Shown here: piece by piece, positions 1 to 8,733 of the stretch
Numbering within the stretch: the first letter of the stretch is position 1
Layout of the letters: every line of letters begins with the position of its first letter
IMG/VR virus record: IMGVR_UViG_3300043465_002420
DNA from: a virus
Strand: one strand, 5' to 3'
Length of the DNA stretch: 64,000 nucleotides
Translations under genes and position numbers: made by a program
Notes under the pieces: model-generated
The model's database searches: none
Seen by the model: the letters and a program-made list of their open reading frames with translations, nothing else
Told to the model about the DNA's origin: nothing

Positions 1-66
1 TTTCAATTTATCACTAGCTTTTAATTCAAGCAAAGCAATAAATCTTTCACGATTTTCAAGTGTCAT
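1..66 (-). CDS. hypothetical protein, 5' part (runs off window edge)
   Basis: ATG at 66 with AAAGGAG SD upstream; open frame MTLENRERFIALLELKASDKLK to the edge. Confidence 0.5.
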   Translation of the reverse strand, partial: MTLENRERFIALLELKASDKLK

Positions 67-80
67 CTTTCATTCTCCTT

Positions 81-290
81 TTAGTGAGGTTCGCCTTTTT
101 CTACACAACCAAATGAACTAATCAATTTCTTAACTGTAGATCCCCAAAAGCAACTATTACCTTCAAGATTCCAACCTTCATTCAGAGCAATATATAAACC
201 ATCATCACCTTCATCCCATATCTCTTGAACTTTGGGATTAGATGCAATACGATTCAAAGTCTTGTATTTTGTTCTGTTTTTAGGATGCAC
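81..290 (-). CDS. hypothetical protein
   Basis: GTG start with AAAGGAG SD; co-oriented with the downstream gene. Confidence 0.65.
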   Translation of the reverse strand: MHPKNRTKYKTLNRIASNPKVQEIWDEGDDGLYIALNEGWNLEGNSCFWGSTVKKLISSFGCVEKGEPH

Positions 291-328
291 AAAAATTCTC
301 CTTTTGAAAAGTTACCGATCACAAACAT
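254..328 (-). other. 24-aa leader mini-ORF (MFVIGNFSKG...) resembling the first codons of the sigma-like gene at 60593
   Basis: ATGTTTGTGATCGGTAA vs ATGTTTGTAGTCGGTAA at 60593; stop TGA at 254-256. Confidence 0.3.
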
Positions 329-383
329 AAGGTAAAACCATTTGTCCATAACTCAACCACATTTTTCCCTTCACATATAGTTG

Positions 384-409
384 TTCGTCACTACTCAAGA
401 TTTATTTCA
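384..409 (-). promoter_or_regulatory. ECF-sigma-type promoter TGAAAT-N16-CGAA (copy 1)
   Basis: Same motif and exact 16-nt spacing at 49540-49565 and 60650-60675. Confidence 0.6.
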
Positions 410-435
410 CAGAAAAGTGAAAAAATATTTCGACT

Positions 436-504
436 TTGTGTACTACCTTTTAATCTTGTACTTGTGTACTACCGTTTAATTCCGTTTGTGTACTACCGTT
501 TAAT
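436..504. repeat. three 19-bp direct repeats TTGTGTACTACC(T/G)TTTAAT, putative operator sites
   Basis: Copies at 436-454, 462-480 and 486-504, between divergent genes. Confidence 0.8.
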
Positions 505-542
505 CAAAATGTGAAATTTTATTTTCAATTTAAGGAAAATCA

Positions 543-833
543 ATGTTTAAATGCAATAAAAAAAATGGAAATGGCTTTTTTATCAAATTTGAAAATGGTT
601 ATGAGGTATCTGTTCAGTTTGGAGATGGCACTCACTCAGATAATTGTGAAAAAAATAATTCAGAAATGTTTCTCTCATCCAAAACGGCAGAAGTTGCGAT
701 ATTTGGCCCTTATAGAAACTTTATAAAGCTAGATGATCAAGAATCTGATGTCATTCCTAATGTAAAACCTAATCATTTGCTAGAAATACTACTCAAAGTC
801 TCTCAGATAAATGATTTTTATCCGCAAATTTGA
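543..833 (+). CDS. conserved phage hypothetical protein
   Basis: AAGGA SD, ATG; GFFIKFENGYEVSVQFG motif. Confidence 0.7.
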   Translation: MFKCNKKNGNGFFIKFENGYEVSVQFGDGTHSDNCEKNNSEMFLSSKTAEVAIFGPYRNFIKLDDQESDVIPNVKPNHLLEILLKVSQINDFYPQI

Positions 834-915
834 CTTTACTCTGTTTTTATTTATGGTATTGTCAGTAGGCCTTCTATTTGGCACTTGAAATCAATTGAAG
901 TGTAAAGATTGTTCT

Positions 916-1167
916 TCATTGTGGCAATCTTTTTATATTACCAAGTGTGGCAACCTTGGATCTGGCACAGATTTCTGCCAAGTGTGTGATTGTGTGCGGG
1001 TCGAATTCGTGGGTTTCAATTGTCCACGCTCCTTTGAGACTAATACTCTCGCCCATACGCCCTAGCTTATCGAAGTCAGGTTCGGACTTTGAGCATTCAC
1101 AAACAAATAGAACGGAAAAAGGAATAAGTTTACTGGTCTTATTCCTTTTTCCTCTTTTTTTTCTCAC
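916..1167 (-). CDS. hypothetical protein (start uncertain; A8 tract near the start)
   Basis: Co-oriented with the PspC-domain gene; GTG start, or ATG 1174 if the A8 tract slips. Confidence 0.4.
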   Translation of the reverse strand: MRKKRGKRNKTSKLIPFSVLFVCECSKSEPDFDKLGRMGESISLKGAWTIETHEFDPHTITHLAEICARSKVATLGNIKRLPQ

Positions 1168-1281
1168 TACTCATTTAAATCGCATTAAATAACTAAATTT
1201 TACACCTTACTCAAAGTAAACCTTTGGGTCATACTCGTAATAAAGTCGCAAAATAGACCATGTATAGGCCTTTTAAAGCTA

Positions 1282-1452
1282 TTACTCTTTCTCCATCATC
1301 AAAGAAAGTATAATATAAAGTAAAATTCCTATTCCGAAGTGTAGAAATGCAATAACAAATATCAAACGAATCCAAAATGGCTCAATATTAAAATGTTTTC
1401 CTAGACCTGCACACACTCCACATAGATTTGCCCTGCTCATATCTTTCTTCAT
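1282..1452 (-). CDS. PspC (phage shock protein C) domain membrane protein, 56 aa, not in the ORF track
   Basis: Translated by hand: MKKDMSRANLCGVCAGLGKHFNIEPFWIRLIFVIAFLHFGIGILLYIILSLMMEKE; GVCAGL..F....RL.F...G..LYII is the PspC signature; AAAGGTG SD. Confidence 0.85.
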   Translation of the reverse strand: MKKDMSRANLCGVCAGLGKHFNIEPFWIRLIFVIAFLHFGIGILLYIILSLMMEKE

Positions 1453-1692
1453 ATTCACCTTTTTTAATTTAATATGTTACTCACAATATAATTTATTCTT
1501 TATTGTCAAGAAAAATGAAATTATTTTTTCAATTTTTGTTTTTAAAAGGGTTGTGGGGTAAGTTTCTACTTATTGTTCGCAAAGGAAAGGGATCTTATGA
1601 AACTTTTCCTATCACGACATTCTCAAATATAAAATTCTAACACATATATTCTGATATTTTTTACTAGACCGATAATAGCTTAACTATAAATT

Positions 1693-1700
1693 TATAAATA
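1693..1700 (+). promoter_or_regulatory. T4-type late promoter TATAAATA upstream of the noncoding repeat region
   Basis: Exact T4 late consensus; AT-rich context lowers specificity. Confidence 0.35.
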
Positions 1701-1759
1701 TATGTCTTACCCCACAAACTAAAATAGTACACTCACATTAATTTTTACAATTTATTTTC

Positions 1760-1825
1760 TGGAGACCTTTCACCGCACAATAGTCTACCTTCGAGGTGTT
1801 TAATATGCGTTGTGAAAGGTCTCCA
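1760..1825. repeat. 14-bp perfect inverted repeat TGGAGACCTTTCAC/GTGAAAGGTCTCCA enclosing an inner hairpin
   Basis: Arms at 1760-1773 and 1812-1825; inner CGCA/TGCG and ACCT-TCG-AGGT. Confidence 0.85.
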
Positions 1826-1862
1826 AATGCCATAATAGTATACCTTTGAGGTACTCAATATG
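1776..1862. repeat. two 32-bp direct repeats (26/32 identical), each with a TACCT-TYG-AGGT palindrome
   Basis: 1776-1807 vs 1831-1862, 55-bp period. Confidence 0.8.
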
Positions 1863-2059
1863 TTTTTTGTAGATGCGAGGTGAAGTTGAGGGTGGCGTGG
1901 GGTATGTGCGGGGCTAGGCCAAAATTCGGTGAAATTCCAACGCTTTTACCACATTTCATTTTAAACAGAACCTTCACAATACACTTACTCATGCATAATT
2001 TCTTCCCATTTCCTCCCACTTTACTCCATTTCTGTTATTTTTAGTTCATAAAACAGGGG

Positions 2060-2584
2060 TTACTCAGACTTATATGGTTACTCAGACTTATATGGTTACT
2101 CAGACTTATATGGTTACTCAGACTTATATGGTTACTCAGACTTATATGGTTACTCAGACTTATATGGTTACTCAAGCTTATATGGTTACTCAAAATTAAG
2201 ACCTTACTCAAGCTTATATGGTTACTCAAACTTATAGGGTTACTCAAACTGAAGGTATTACTCAGACTTATAGGATTACTCAAGCTGAAGGTATTACTCA
2301 GACTTATAGGATTACTCAAGCTGAAGGTATTACTCAAGCTTAAGACCTTACTCAAATTGAAGGTGTTACTCAAAATTAAGACCTTACTCAAGCTGAAGGT
2401 ATTACTCAAAATAATAGGGTTACTCAAATTGAAGGTTTACTCAAAATAATAGGGTTACTCAAATTGAAGGTTTACTCAAAATAATAGGGTTACTCAAATT
2501 GAAGGTTTACTCAAAATTAATACCTTACTCAAGTTGAAGGTATTACTCAAAATTATAGGTTTACTCAAGCTGAAGGTATTACTG
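2060..2584. repeat. tandem array of 30 units (17-18 bp) with invariant TTACTC core; iteron-like, candidate replication origin
   Basis: Counted 29 TTACTC plus 1 TTACTG; three 17-bp units (at 2420, 2455, 2490) break the reading frame. Confidence 0.9.
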
Positions 2585-2649
2585 AAGATTTACAAATGAG
2601 TAAGAATTGGTATAGCAATTTAAGATTATTTCATTTTATAATAAAAGGC

Positions 2650-3219
2650 ATGAGTACATATGAAAAAGATGGAAAGTTGATGGCAAAGTTCAATTCTTCA
2701 CGATCTGATGCTTTTGATAACAAGGGCAAGCAGTTAGCGATGAAATTTTTTAAAATGCTTGGTGGTGAGTCTTACATTAACGATGTAGACGAAAATAATG
2801 AGCATGACTACACCAAGCCAGACATTCGTGTTTTCTTTCCATTACAAAATAAAACGATCTATGTAGAAGCTGAAGTGAAGTCTGAGAAGAATTGGTCATT
2901 TATAGAAAGTGGGATTGATATACCTATTAGAAAACTTAAGTATGCAGAGAAGCATACAAAAGACGGATTTTTCTTTATGGTAAAAAATGATGAGTCTGAA
3001 GTTTTGCTTATACCGATGAAATATCTTCTGATGGCATCCAATGATTGTGGTAAAGAATTTTTGGGTATGGGTATTATTATGACATCAAGTGGTTTTGTGA
3101 TGCCAGATCATGAATGCCATCGTGTGAGAAAATTATGTAATACTGTAAACAGAAGAGGAGTTGAAGATTTTGTAAGGATTCCAGTAAGGCATGTCTACAG
3201 GTATTATAATCCATTCTAG
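2650..3219 (+). CDS. PD-(D/E)XK-like nuclease
   Basis: PDIRVFF...IYVEAEVK motif; likely start ATG 2650 after TATAAT and AAAGG (track start 2596). Confidence 0.55.
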   Translation: MSTYEKDGKLMAKFNSSRSDAFDNKGKQLAMKFFKMLGGESYINDVDENNEHDYTKPDIRVFFPLQNKTIYVEAEVKSEKNWSFIESGIDIPIRKLKYAEKHTKDGFFFMVKNDESEVLLIPMKYLLMASNDCGKEFLGMGIIMTSSGFVMPDHECHRVRKLCNTVNRRGVEDFVRIPVRHVYRYYNPF

Positions 3220-3226
3220 GAAAAGA

Positions 3227-3382
3227 TTACACTTTGAATTCTTTATATGCTTTTCTTTTAGCTTTTAAGAGTTTTGCGATATTGGTATTAATTGGGTTAT
3301 AGTTTCCATGTGTTTTAAGGTTTAGAGCAATTTGGATGACTTTTTCTTTATTTTGTTGTTCTGTAATATTTGATTCATTCAT
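3227..3382 (-). CDS. 51-aa solo copy of the helicase-associated-like repeat (possible remnant)
   Basis: MNESNITEQQNKEKVIQIALNLKTHGNYNP...LLKAKRKAYKEF aligns with repeats of 3476-5872. Confidence 0.45.
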   Translation of the reverse strand: MNESNITEQQNKEKVIQIALNLKTHGNYNPINTNIAKLLKAKRKAYKEFKV

Positions 3383-3475
3383 TGTGGGTTAGCTCATTAT
3401 GTTAATGGTATTTTATAAAATAACAATATAAGTATAACAATAATTGTTTATAGTTGTCAAGATTGTTTTTAGGTT

Positions 3476-5872
3476 TTATTGGTTTATTATTGTTGGTTGA
3501 GCGAATGTAGGATCGAATTGTGTAGTTTTTAGGAATTCAGATATAAGGTTTTCGAAATCTTTGATCCAATAAGGTATGACTAAAAGTGGGTAGTTATATT
3601 TTTTGCAGAAGTTTAATTTTATGAGGTCGTTTGTTTGAACATATTTTAAATGTTCTTCTTTTATAATTTGTGTTTTTCCGTAGATTGGTTGATAATGTTG
3701 TTCTCCGTTGTATTCTATGAAATAGTGTAAGTTATCTTTATTGAAATAGAAATCAAAAGGTAGGCACAATTTATTGACACAAAGTTTATGTCTGTACTGT
3801 TGTATTGGTTTAATGTTAAATTTTTGGAGTACAAAATTTGTTTTTCTTTCTCCTAATGATGATTTTTGTTTTTTAATTAGCATCCAATCATCTGGTAGTC
3901 CATGAGCTTTAGCGACTTCTATATCTGATGGATACCATTTGAACTTAGATTTAGTTCCATTGGTATAGTGTTTGAATGCTTGTCTTTTAGTGCTTAACAG
4001 TCTTCCATTTGAAAAATAATTGTCTGGGTAGTTTCCGATTTTTTTAAATTCTTGTGCGAGTGCAATTACTTTTTGATTACTTTCCTTTTCAAAATCAATA
4101 AGCAGCATCCAATCATCTGGTAAACCATGAGCTTTAGCGACTTCTATATCTGATGGATACCATGTATATTTTAATTTTGATTTAGTTCCATTGGTATAGT
4201 GCTTAAATGATTGTCTTTTATTATTTAAAAATCTCCCAATCCCAATTTTACCATTGGGATAAATTCCATGTGTTTTAAAGTATTGTGCTATTTTAGTTAC
4301 TTTTTGGTTACTTTCTAATTCAAAATTATTATTGATAATCCAATCATCTGGCAGACCATGAGCTTTGGCAACTTCCATATCTGAGGGATACCATTTGTTT
4401 TTACTTTTCGTGCCATTATTGCGGTATTTAAATGAGTGTCTTTTATTGTTTAAAAATCTTCCAAGTATGGTGTTACCATTGGGATAAATTCCATGTGTTT
4501 TAAAGTATTGTGCTATTTCCTTTATTGATTGATTGCTTTCTAATTCGAAACATTTACTTATAACCCAATCATCAGGAAGTCCATAAGCTTTAGCGACTTC
4601 TATATCTGATGGATACCATTTTAAATTAGTAAAAGTATCGTTATTGCGTTGTTTAAATGATTGTCTTTTATTATTTAGAAATATTCCAAGCATGGTGCTA
4701 CTATTGGGGTAAATTCCATGTGTTTTAAAGTATTGTGCTATTTCAATTACTTTTTGGTTACTTTCTAATTCAAAATTATTATTGATAATCCAATCATCTG
4801 GTAGACCATGAGCTTTAGCGACTTCTATATCTGAAGGATACCATTTTAAATCATGCTTCATACCATTAGTGTGTTTTTTATACATTCTTTTTTTATTTGA
4901 TAATGAAACTCCAATTTTACAAGTGTAATCAGGATAAGTTCCATGTGTTTTAAAGTATTGTGCTATTTCAATTACTTTTTGATTACTTTCCTTTTCAAAA
5001 TCAATAAGCAGCATCCAATCATCTGGTAAACCATAAGCTTTAGCAACTTCTATATCTGAAGGATACCAAATAATATTTTTTATACCATTTGTATATTTTT
5101 TATATATGTGTCTTTTAAATGCTAATAGTTGTCCGAGTTTAGTATTGCGATTAGGATAATCTCCAAGTCTTACAAATTCTTGTGCAAGTTCTTTTATTCT
5201 TTCGTTACTTTCAAATTCACGATCAATTAGTAACATCCAATCGTCTGGTAGACCATGAGCTTTAGCGACTTCTATATCTGAAGGATATATTTTACCTTGA
5301 CTGGATCGTTTGCTAGATAAGTGTGTGCCTAATAATGTTTTTCTAGAAGGATAAGTTCCATGTTTTTTAAAATATTGTGCTATTTTAATTATTTTTTGGT
5401 TACTTTGAAACTCATTGGTAATGGACAGCCAATCGTCTGGTAGTCCATAAGCTTTAGCGACTTCTATATCTGAAGGATATATTTTAGATTTACTTTTAAT
5501 GGATTTACTTTTAAAGACTCTTCTTTTATTATGTAAAAAATAATATAAATTTGAATTTTTTTTGTAGCATGGGTAATCATTATTTTTTCTATAAAATAAA
5601 GCAAGTTTCTTTACCAAGTTATTACTTTTCAATTCCTGTTCATTGGTAATGGACAGCCAATCGTCTGGTAGACCATGAGCTTTAGCGACTTCTATATCTG
5701 AAGGATATATTTTAGTAATGGAGTTTCTTTTCTTATGTAAAAAATTATATAAATTTAAATTGTCGTTACAGGATGGGTAGTTATTGTTTTTTCTATAAAA
5801 AAAAGCAAGTTTCTTTGCCAAGTTATTACTTTTCAATTCATGATTAGATATTTTGTTCATCGTAATCCACAT
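3476..5872 (-). CDS. nine-repeat (helicase-associated-like) protein with C-terminal DUF559/Vsr-like PD-(D/E)XK endonuclease
   Basis: 9x YPSD(I/M)EVAKA(H/Y)GLPDDW; C-terminal SLGE...LPFDFY...IEYNGEQHY...LLVIPYW. Confidence 0.75.
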   Translation of the reverse strand: MWITMNKISNHELKSNNLAKKLAFFYRKNNNYPSCNDNLNLYNFLHKKRNSITKIYPSDIEVAKAHGLPDDWLSITNEQELKSNNLVKKLALFYRKNNDYPCYKKNSNLYYFLHNKRRVFKSKSIKSKSKIYPSDIEVAKAYGLPDDWLSITNEFQSNQKIIKIAQYFKKHGTYPSRKTLLGTHLSSKRSSQGKIYPSDIEVAKAHGLPDDWMLLIDREFESNERIKELAQEFVRLGDYPNRNTKLGQLLAFKRHIYKKYTNGIKNIIWYPSDIEVAKAYGLPDDWMLLIDFEKESNQKVIEIAQYFKTHGTYPDYTCKIGVSLSNKKRMYKKHTNGMKHDLKWYPSDIEVAKAHGLPDDWIINNNFELESNQKVIEIAQYFKTHGIYPNSSTMLGIFLNNKRQSFKQRNNDTFTNLKWYPSDIEVAKAYGLPDDWVISKCFELESNQSIKEIAQYFKTHGIYPNGNTILGRFLNNKRHSFKYRNNGTKSKNKWYPSDMEVAKAHGLPDDWIINNNFELESNQKVTKIAQYFKTHGIYPNGKIGIGRFLNNKRQSFKHYTNGTKSKLKYTWYPSDIEVAKAHGLPDDWMLLIDFEKESNQKVIALAQEFKKIGNYPDNYFSNGRLLSTKRQAFKHYTNGTKSKFKWYPSDIEVAKAHGLPDDWMLIKKQKSSLGERKTNFVLQKFNIKPIQQYRHKLCVNKLCLPFDFYFNKDNLHYFIEYNGEQHYQPIYGKTQIIKEEHLKYVQTNDLIKLNFCKKYNYPLLVIPYWIKDFENLISEFLKTTQFDPTFAQPTIINQ

Positions 5873-5920
5873 GGTTAGGTTTACGATTATTATAAGTTTG
5901 GATAAGATCTTCGGGCAAGT

Positions 5921-6889
5921 TTAATTAAAAATCAAATTATTCAAAAATTTATCAGTAGCGATATCCCAACTATATTGTTCAGCATGTTTTCTGCATTCTT
6001 GAACATTTAAATTAGAAAATGCATTCAAGATAGCTGTATCTAATATTTCATCACAGAATACTGTTTTTTCATCTTGTAGGTCTAAAGCCCCATTAATTGG
6101 GTAAGCAGCTACAGGTAGTCCGCAAGATAGGGCTTCAAGCATAACAAGACCATAGGTATCTGTTTTAGAGGGGAACACAAATACATCTGCATTATGATAT
6201 GCTTGGATTAGTTCATCTCCAATTTTTTTGCCTAAGAAATAAACATCTTTATATTTTTGTTTGTAATAAGGAAGAAGAGGCCCATCACCTACCACGATTT
6301 TTTGTATAGGAAGAGTAGATTGACAGAATGCATCTAGGTTTTTTTCTTTTGATACTCTGCCGACATATAGTGCAGTATTGTTATTGGTTGGATTGCTTTT
6401 ACATTTAAAGAAATCAAGGTTTACTCCTTTTGGAGATACTTTCATATTGTTATGATTTAGCCAAGATGTTTTATTTATCAAGTTATTAGTGCAGCAAAGT
6501 ACTTTGGATGATTTGCTATGAAACCATTTAAAATAAGTTCTTGTGATGAATAGTGGTATACTGGTGTAGGACTTTATATATTCTGGGAACATAGTAAGGT
6601 AAGATGTGGTGAATTTGATATCATTTTTCAAGCAGAAATTTCTTGTAGCTAGTCCTAGAGTGCCTTCTGTAAAGATATGTACAGCGAAGTTACCAGTGAA
6701 TAGGTCTTTATCAAATTTAACATTATAAGCGAGTTTAACATCATTGGAGAAAGGGCAGTTAAATGATTTGAATTCATGGCTTGACAAGAGGCATGATTCT
6801 TTGATGTTAGCTTGATAGTTGCTTATGGTGGTAGCAACTCCATTGACATCTGGGTAGGAGGTATCAGATACTAGTATAATTTTCTTCAT
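5921..6889 (-). CDS. GT4 family glycosyltransferase
   Basis: DTSYPDVNGVATT, YVGRVSKEKNL, FPSKTDTYGLVMLEALSCGLPV; start MKKIILVSD at 6889. Confidence 0.9.
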   Translation of the reverse strand: MKKIILVSDTSYPDVNGVATTISNYQANIKESCLLSSHEFKSFNCPFSNDVKLAYNVKFDKDLFTGNFAVHIFTEGTLGLATRNFCLKNDIKFTTSYLTMFPEYIKSYTSIPLFITRTYFKWFHSKSSKVLCCTNNLINKTSWLNHNNMKVSPKGVNLDFFKCKSNPTNNNTALYVGRVSKEKNLDAFCQSTLPIQKIVVGDGPLLPYYKQKYKDVYFLGKKIGDELIQAYHNADVFVFPSKTDTYGLVMLEALSCGLPVAAYPINGALDLQDEKTVFCDEILDTAILNAFSNLNVQECRKHAEQYSWDIATDKFLNNLIFN

Positions 6890-7541
6890 ATTTTTCCAAT
6901 GTAATAGTGCCATTATTGACTAACAAGAATGTTGGTGTTTTTTCAGTCCAGCATCCTGAGTTGAAGTAAGTTCCGTTATTTGCTTCTGGGCAATGTGTAT
7001 GTCCAACGCAGATCAAGTCACATTTCATTTTATCTTTATATTTAATTGCTTTGGCTTTAACTTTTTCGATACATTTCAAAAAAGTTTTGCTACTCATTTT
7101 AGCTAATTTGGCCCAATAGAAATCGTTATCAAGTTTTTGGAGGAAGTGGTATAGGTAATCTGCTATTGCTACTGTTATTGGGTAGTCGGTTATAAAGTCA
7201 TCAAATTTATCGCCATGGGTACATATGATTTTTTTGTCACCTGATACAAAAATATATTCTTCATGTACATTAGATCCTAGTAGGTGAGATACTATTTCGC
7301 TAGGGCCATCATGATTACCATGAATCCAGATTACATCAATTAGAGTGGATAGGTGTCTTAGTTTTGCTAGTATTTTGAAGTGGCTACTTTTGAGTCTTCT
7401 GAAATCCCAAGAGTCGAATACATCACCATTGAGTATAAGTTTTTTGGTAGTTGGTAGATTATCAAGAAAGTGGTTTAGATCTTTAGCTTGGCAATTATCG
7501 CTACCTAGGTGAATATCAGATATAATGATTGCATCTGTCAT
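6864..7541 (-). CDS. calcineurin-like metallophosphoesterase, UDP-2,3-diacylglucosamine hydrolase (LpxH)-like
   Basis: SDIHLG, NGDVFD, GNHD, THGD, GHTH motifs. Confidence 0.85.
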   Translation of the reverse strand: MTDAIIISDIHLGSDNCQAKDLNHFLDNLPTTKKLILNGDVFDSWDFRRLKSSHFKILAKLRHLSTLIDVIWIHGNHDGPSEIVSHLLGSNVHEEYIFVSGDKKIICTHGDKFDDFITDYPITVAIADYLYHFLQKLDNDFYWAKLAKMSSKTFLKCIEKVKAKAIKYKDKMKCDLICVGHTHCPEANNGTYFNSGCWTEKTPTFLLVNNGTITLEKYEENYTSI

Positions 7542-7621
7542 ACAATATTTACATTAGTTAAATTAGAATATGTTATGTTGTTGAGTATTATTCAAAGTAT
7601 CTTCACAATTGTTGGTAGTTA

Positions 7622-8032
7622 TTATTTGGTGATTTCCGATACTGTTCCTGTTAGTTTGATATTTTGGATTGGATGCCAATCAGTAATATCATTGCTCATA
7701 GCTGGTTTACCTCCAGCGAGTGTATTAACTGCTATAGTTACATGAGGTATTTTGTTATTGCTTTTGAATCCATTTACTTTAACGGCAATAGCCATATTAC
7801 TTATTCCTATTTCCGATGCTATTAGATTAACTTCTTGGTTGATAAGAGAATCTTCTGGTGGGTTAAGTTTTCCCAAATTGATAGTCATATGGTGAGCAAA
7901 AGTCTTCCAATTTTCTGGTATATATTCTTTAAGTTCATCCAATAATTTTTCATGGCTTTGTTGGTTTAAGACAATGGCAGAGTAGGATACTTTTTTATCT
8001 TCTCTGTTTTCAATCCAGTTTTTGAAGTTCAT
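7622..8032 (-). CDS. 2H phosphoesterase (cyclic phosphodiesterase, tRNA-ligase CPDase-like) with MNFKNW leader
   Basis: Two HxT motifs: HHMTI and PHVTI. Confidence 0.75.
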   Translation of the reverse strand: MNFKNWIENREDKKVSYSAIVLNQQSHEKLLDELKEYIPENWKTFAHHMTINLGKLNPPEDSLINQEVNLIASEIGISNMAIAVKVNGFKSNNKIPHVTIAVNTLAGGKPAMSNDITDWHPIQNIKLTGTVSEITK

Positions 8033-8036
8033 TGGG

Positions 8037-8129
8037 TTACTTTGCAGCTATTGTTTGAGTTAAGTATTTATCGATTAGTTCTTGTATTTCTGGTGTTTTC
8101 TTTGTGTAATATTTTACCAGTTTAAATAT
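8037..8129 (-). pseudogene. orphan C-terminal tail of an ART-solenoid paralog (IFKLVKYYTKKTPEIQELIDKYLTQTIAAK*)
   Basis: Near-identical to the tails of 8770, 10171 and 15428; in frame directly after the TAA of 8130-8726. Confidence 0.8.
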
Positions 8130-8726
8130 TTAAACAGTAACTGAGTACCCTATCGATAGACAAAAATCATTAAATTTTGAATAATTTTTGTATTTTATGA
8201 AATCTTTATGTTCAAATTTTGTTCTTCCACGAACATGTTTTTTGCTATTGATATCAACTGGTTTTTTATATTGAATGCCAAGATAATCACATAAAATTTC
8301 GAGTTGATCTTCTATTCTTATTTTAAGTTCAACTCTTGTATGGTTTTGAATTTTCTGATATCTTTGAATCAAATTTTCCATAGCAGAATTAACATCAAAA
8401 ACTTCTCCATGATTAATTTGAATGCACAAATGACTATTTAAAACAGAAATTGGATTCCTATAAATTAGAACTATGGGCAATTTTGAAATAGGTTCATAGT
8501 TACAATATTCCATAGCAGTGTAATTACTTTCTCCTTTTGCTATTTTGTATAATGGAATTCCATCATATTCAATCATTCCATTTGGTCCGTAATTCCAAAT
8601 TGAAGTAACTGGATTATAATGTAGCATTTCATGGCAACAAGGAAAGCCGCAATATGTCAAATAATTAGCGGTAAATGAAGTTCCTCCACCGTAATTTCCA
8701 CAAAAAATATGTGTTAAATTATTCAT
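8130..8726 (-). CDS. sulfotransferase-like P-loop protein
   Basis: GNYGGGTSF 5'-PSB-like loop, CHE, IYRNPISVLNS; related to 40992-41717. Confidence 0.6.
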   Translation of the reverse strand: MNNLTHIFCGNYGGGTSFTANYLTYCGFPCCHEMLHYNPVTSIWNYGPNGMIEYDGIPLYKIAKGESNYTAMEYCNYEPISKLPIVLIYRNPISVLNSHLCIQINHGEVFDVNSAMENLIQRYQKIQNHTRVELKIRIEDQLEILCDYLGIQYKKPVDINSKKHVRGRTKFEHKDFIKYKNYSKFNDFCLSIGYSVTV

Positions 8727-8733
8727 AATATTC

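Noticed and set aside
1470-1510. Canonical sigma-70 promoter for the PspC gene (TTGACA...TATATT)
   Set aside because: Spacing between the boxes is only 13 nt
2041-2427. 128-aa LSNHIS repeat protein as a confident CDS
   Set aside because: The frame is just a translation of the DNA repeat; 17-bp units upstream shift it onto stops, the start is TTG and there is no SD
2060-2584. CRISPR array
   Set aside because: Units are only 17-18 bp, the inter-core sequences recur rather than being unique spacers, and there are no cas genes
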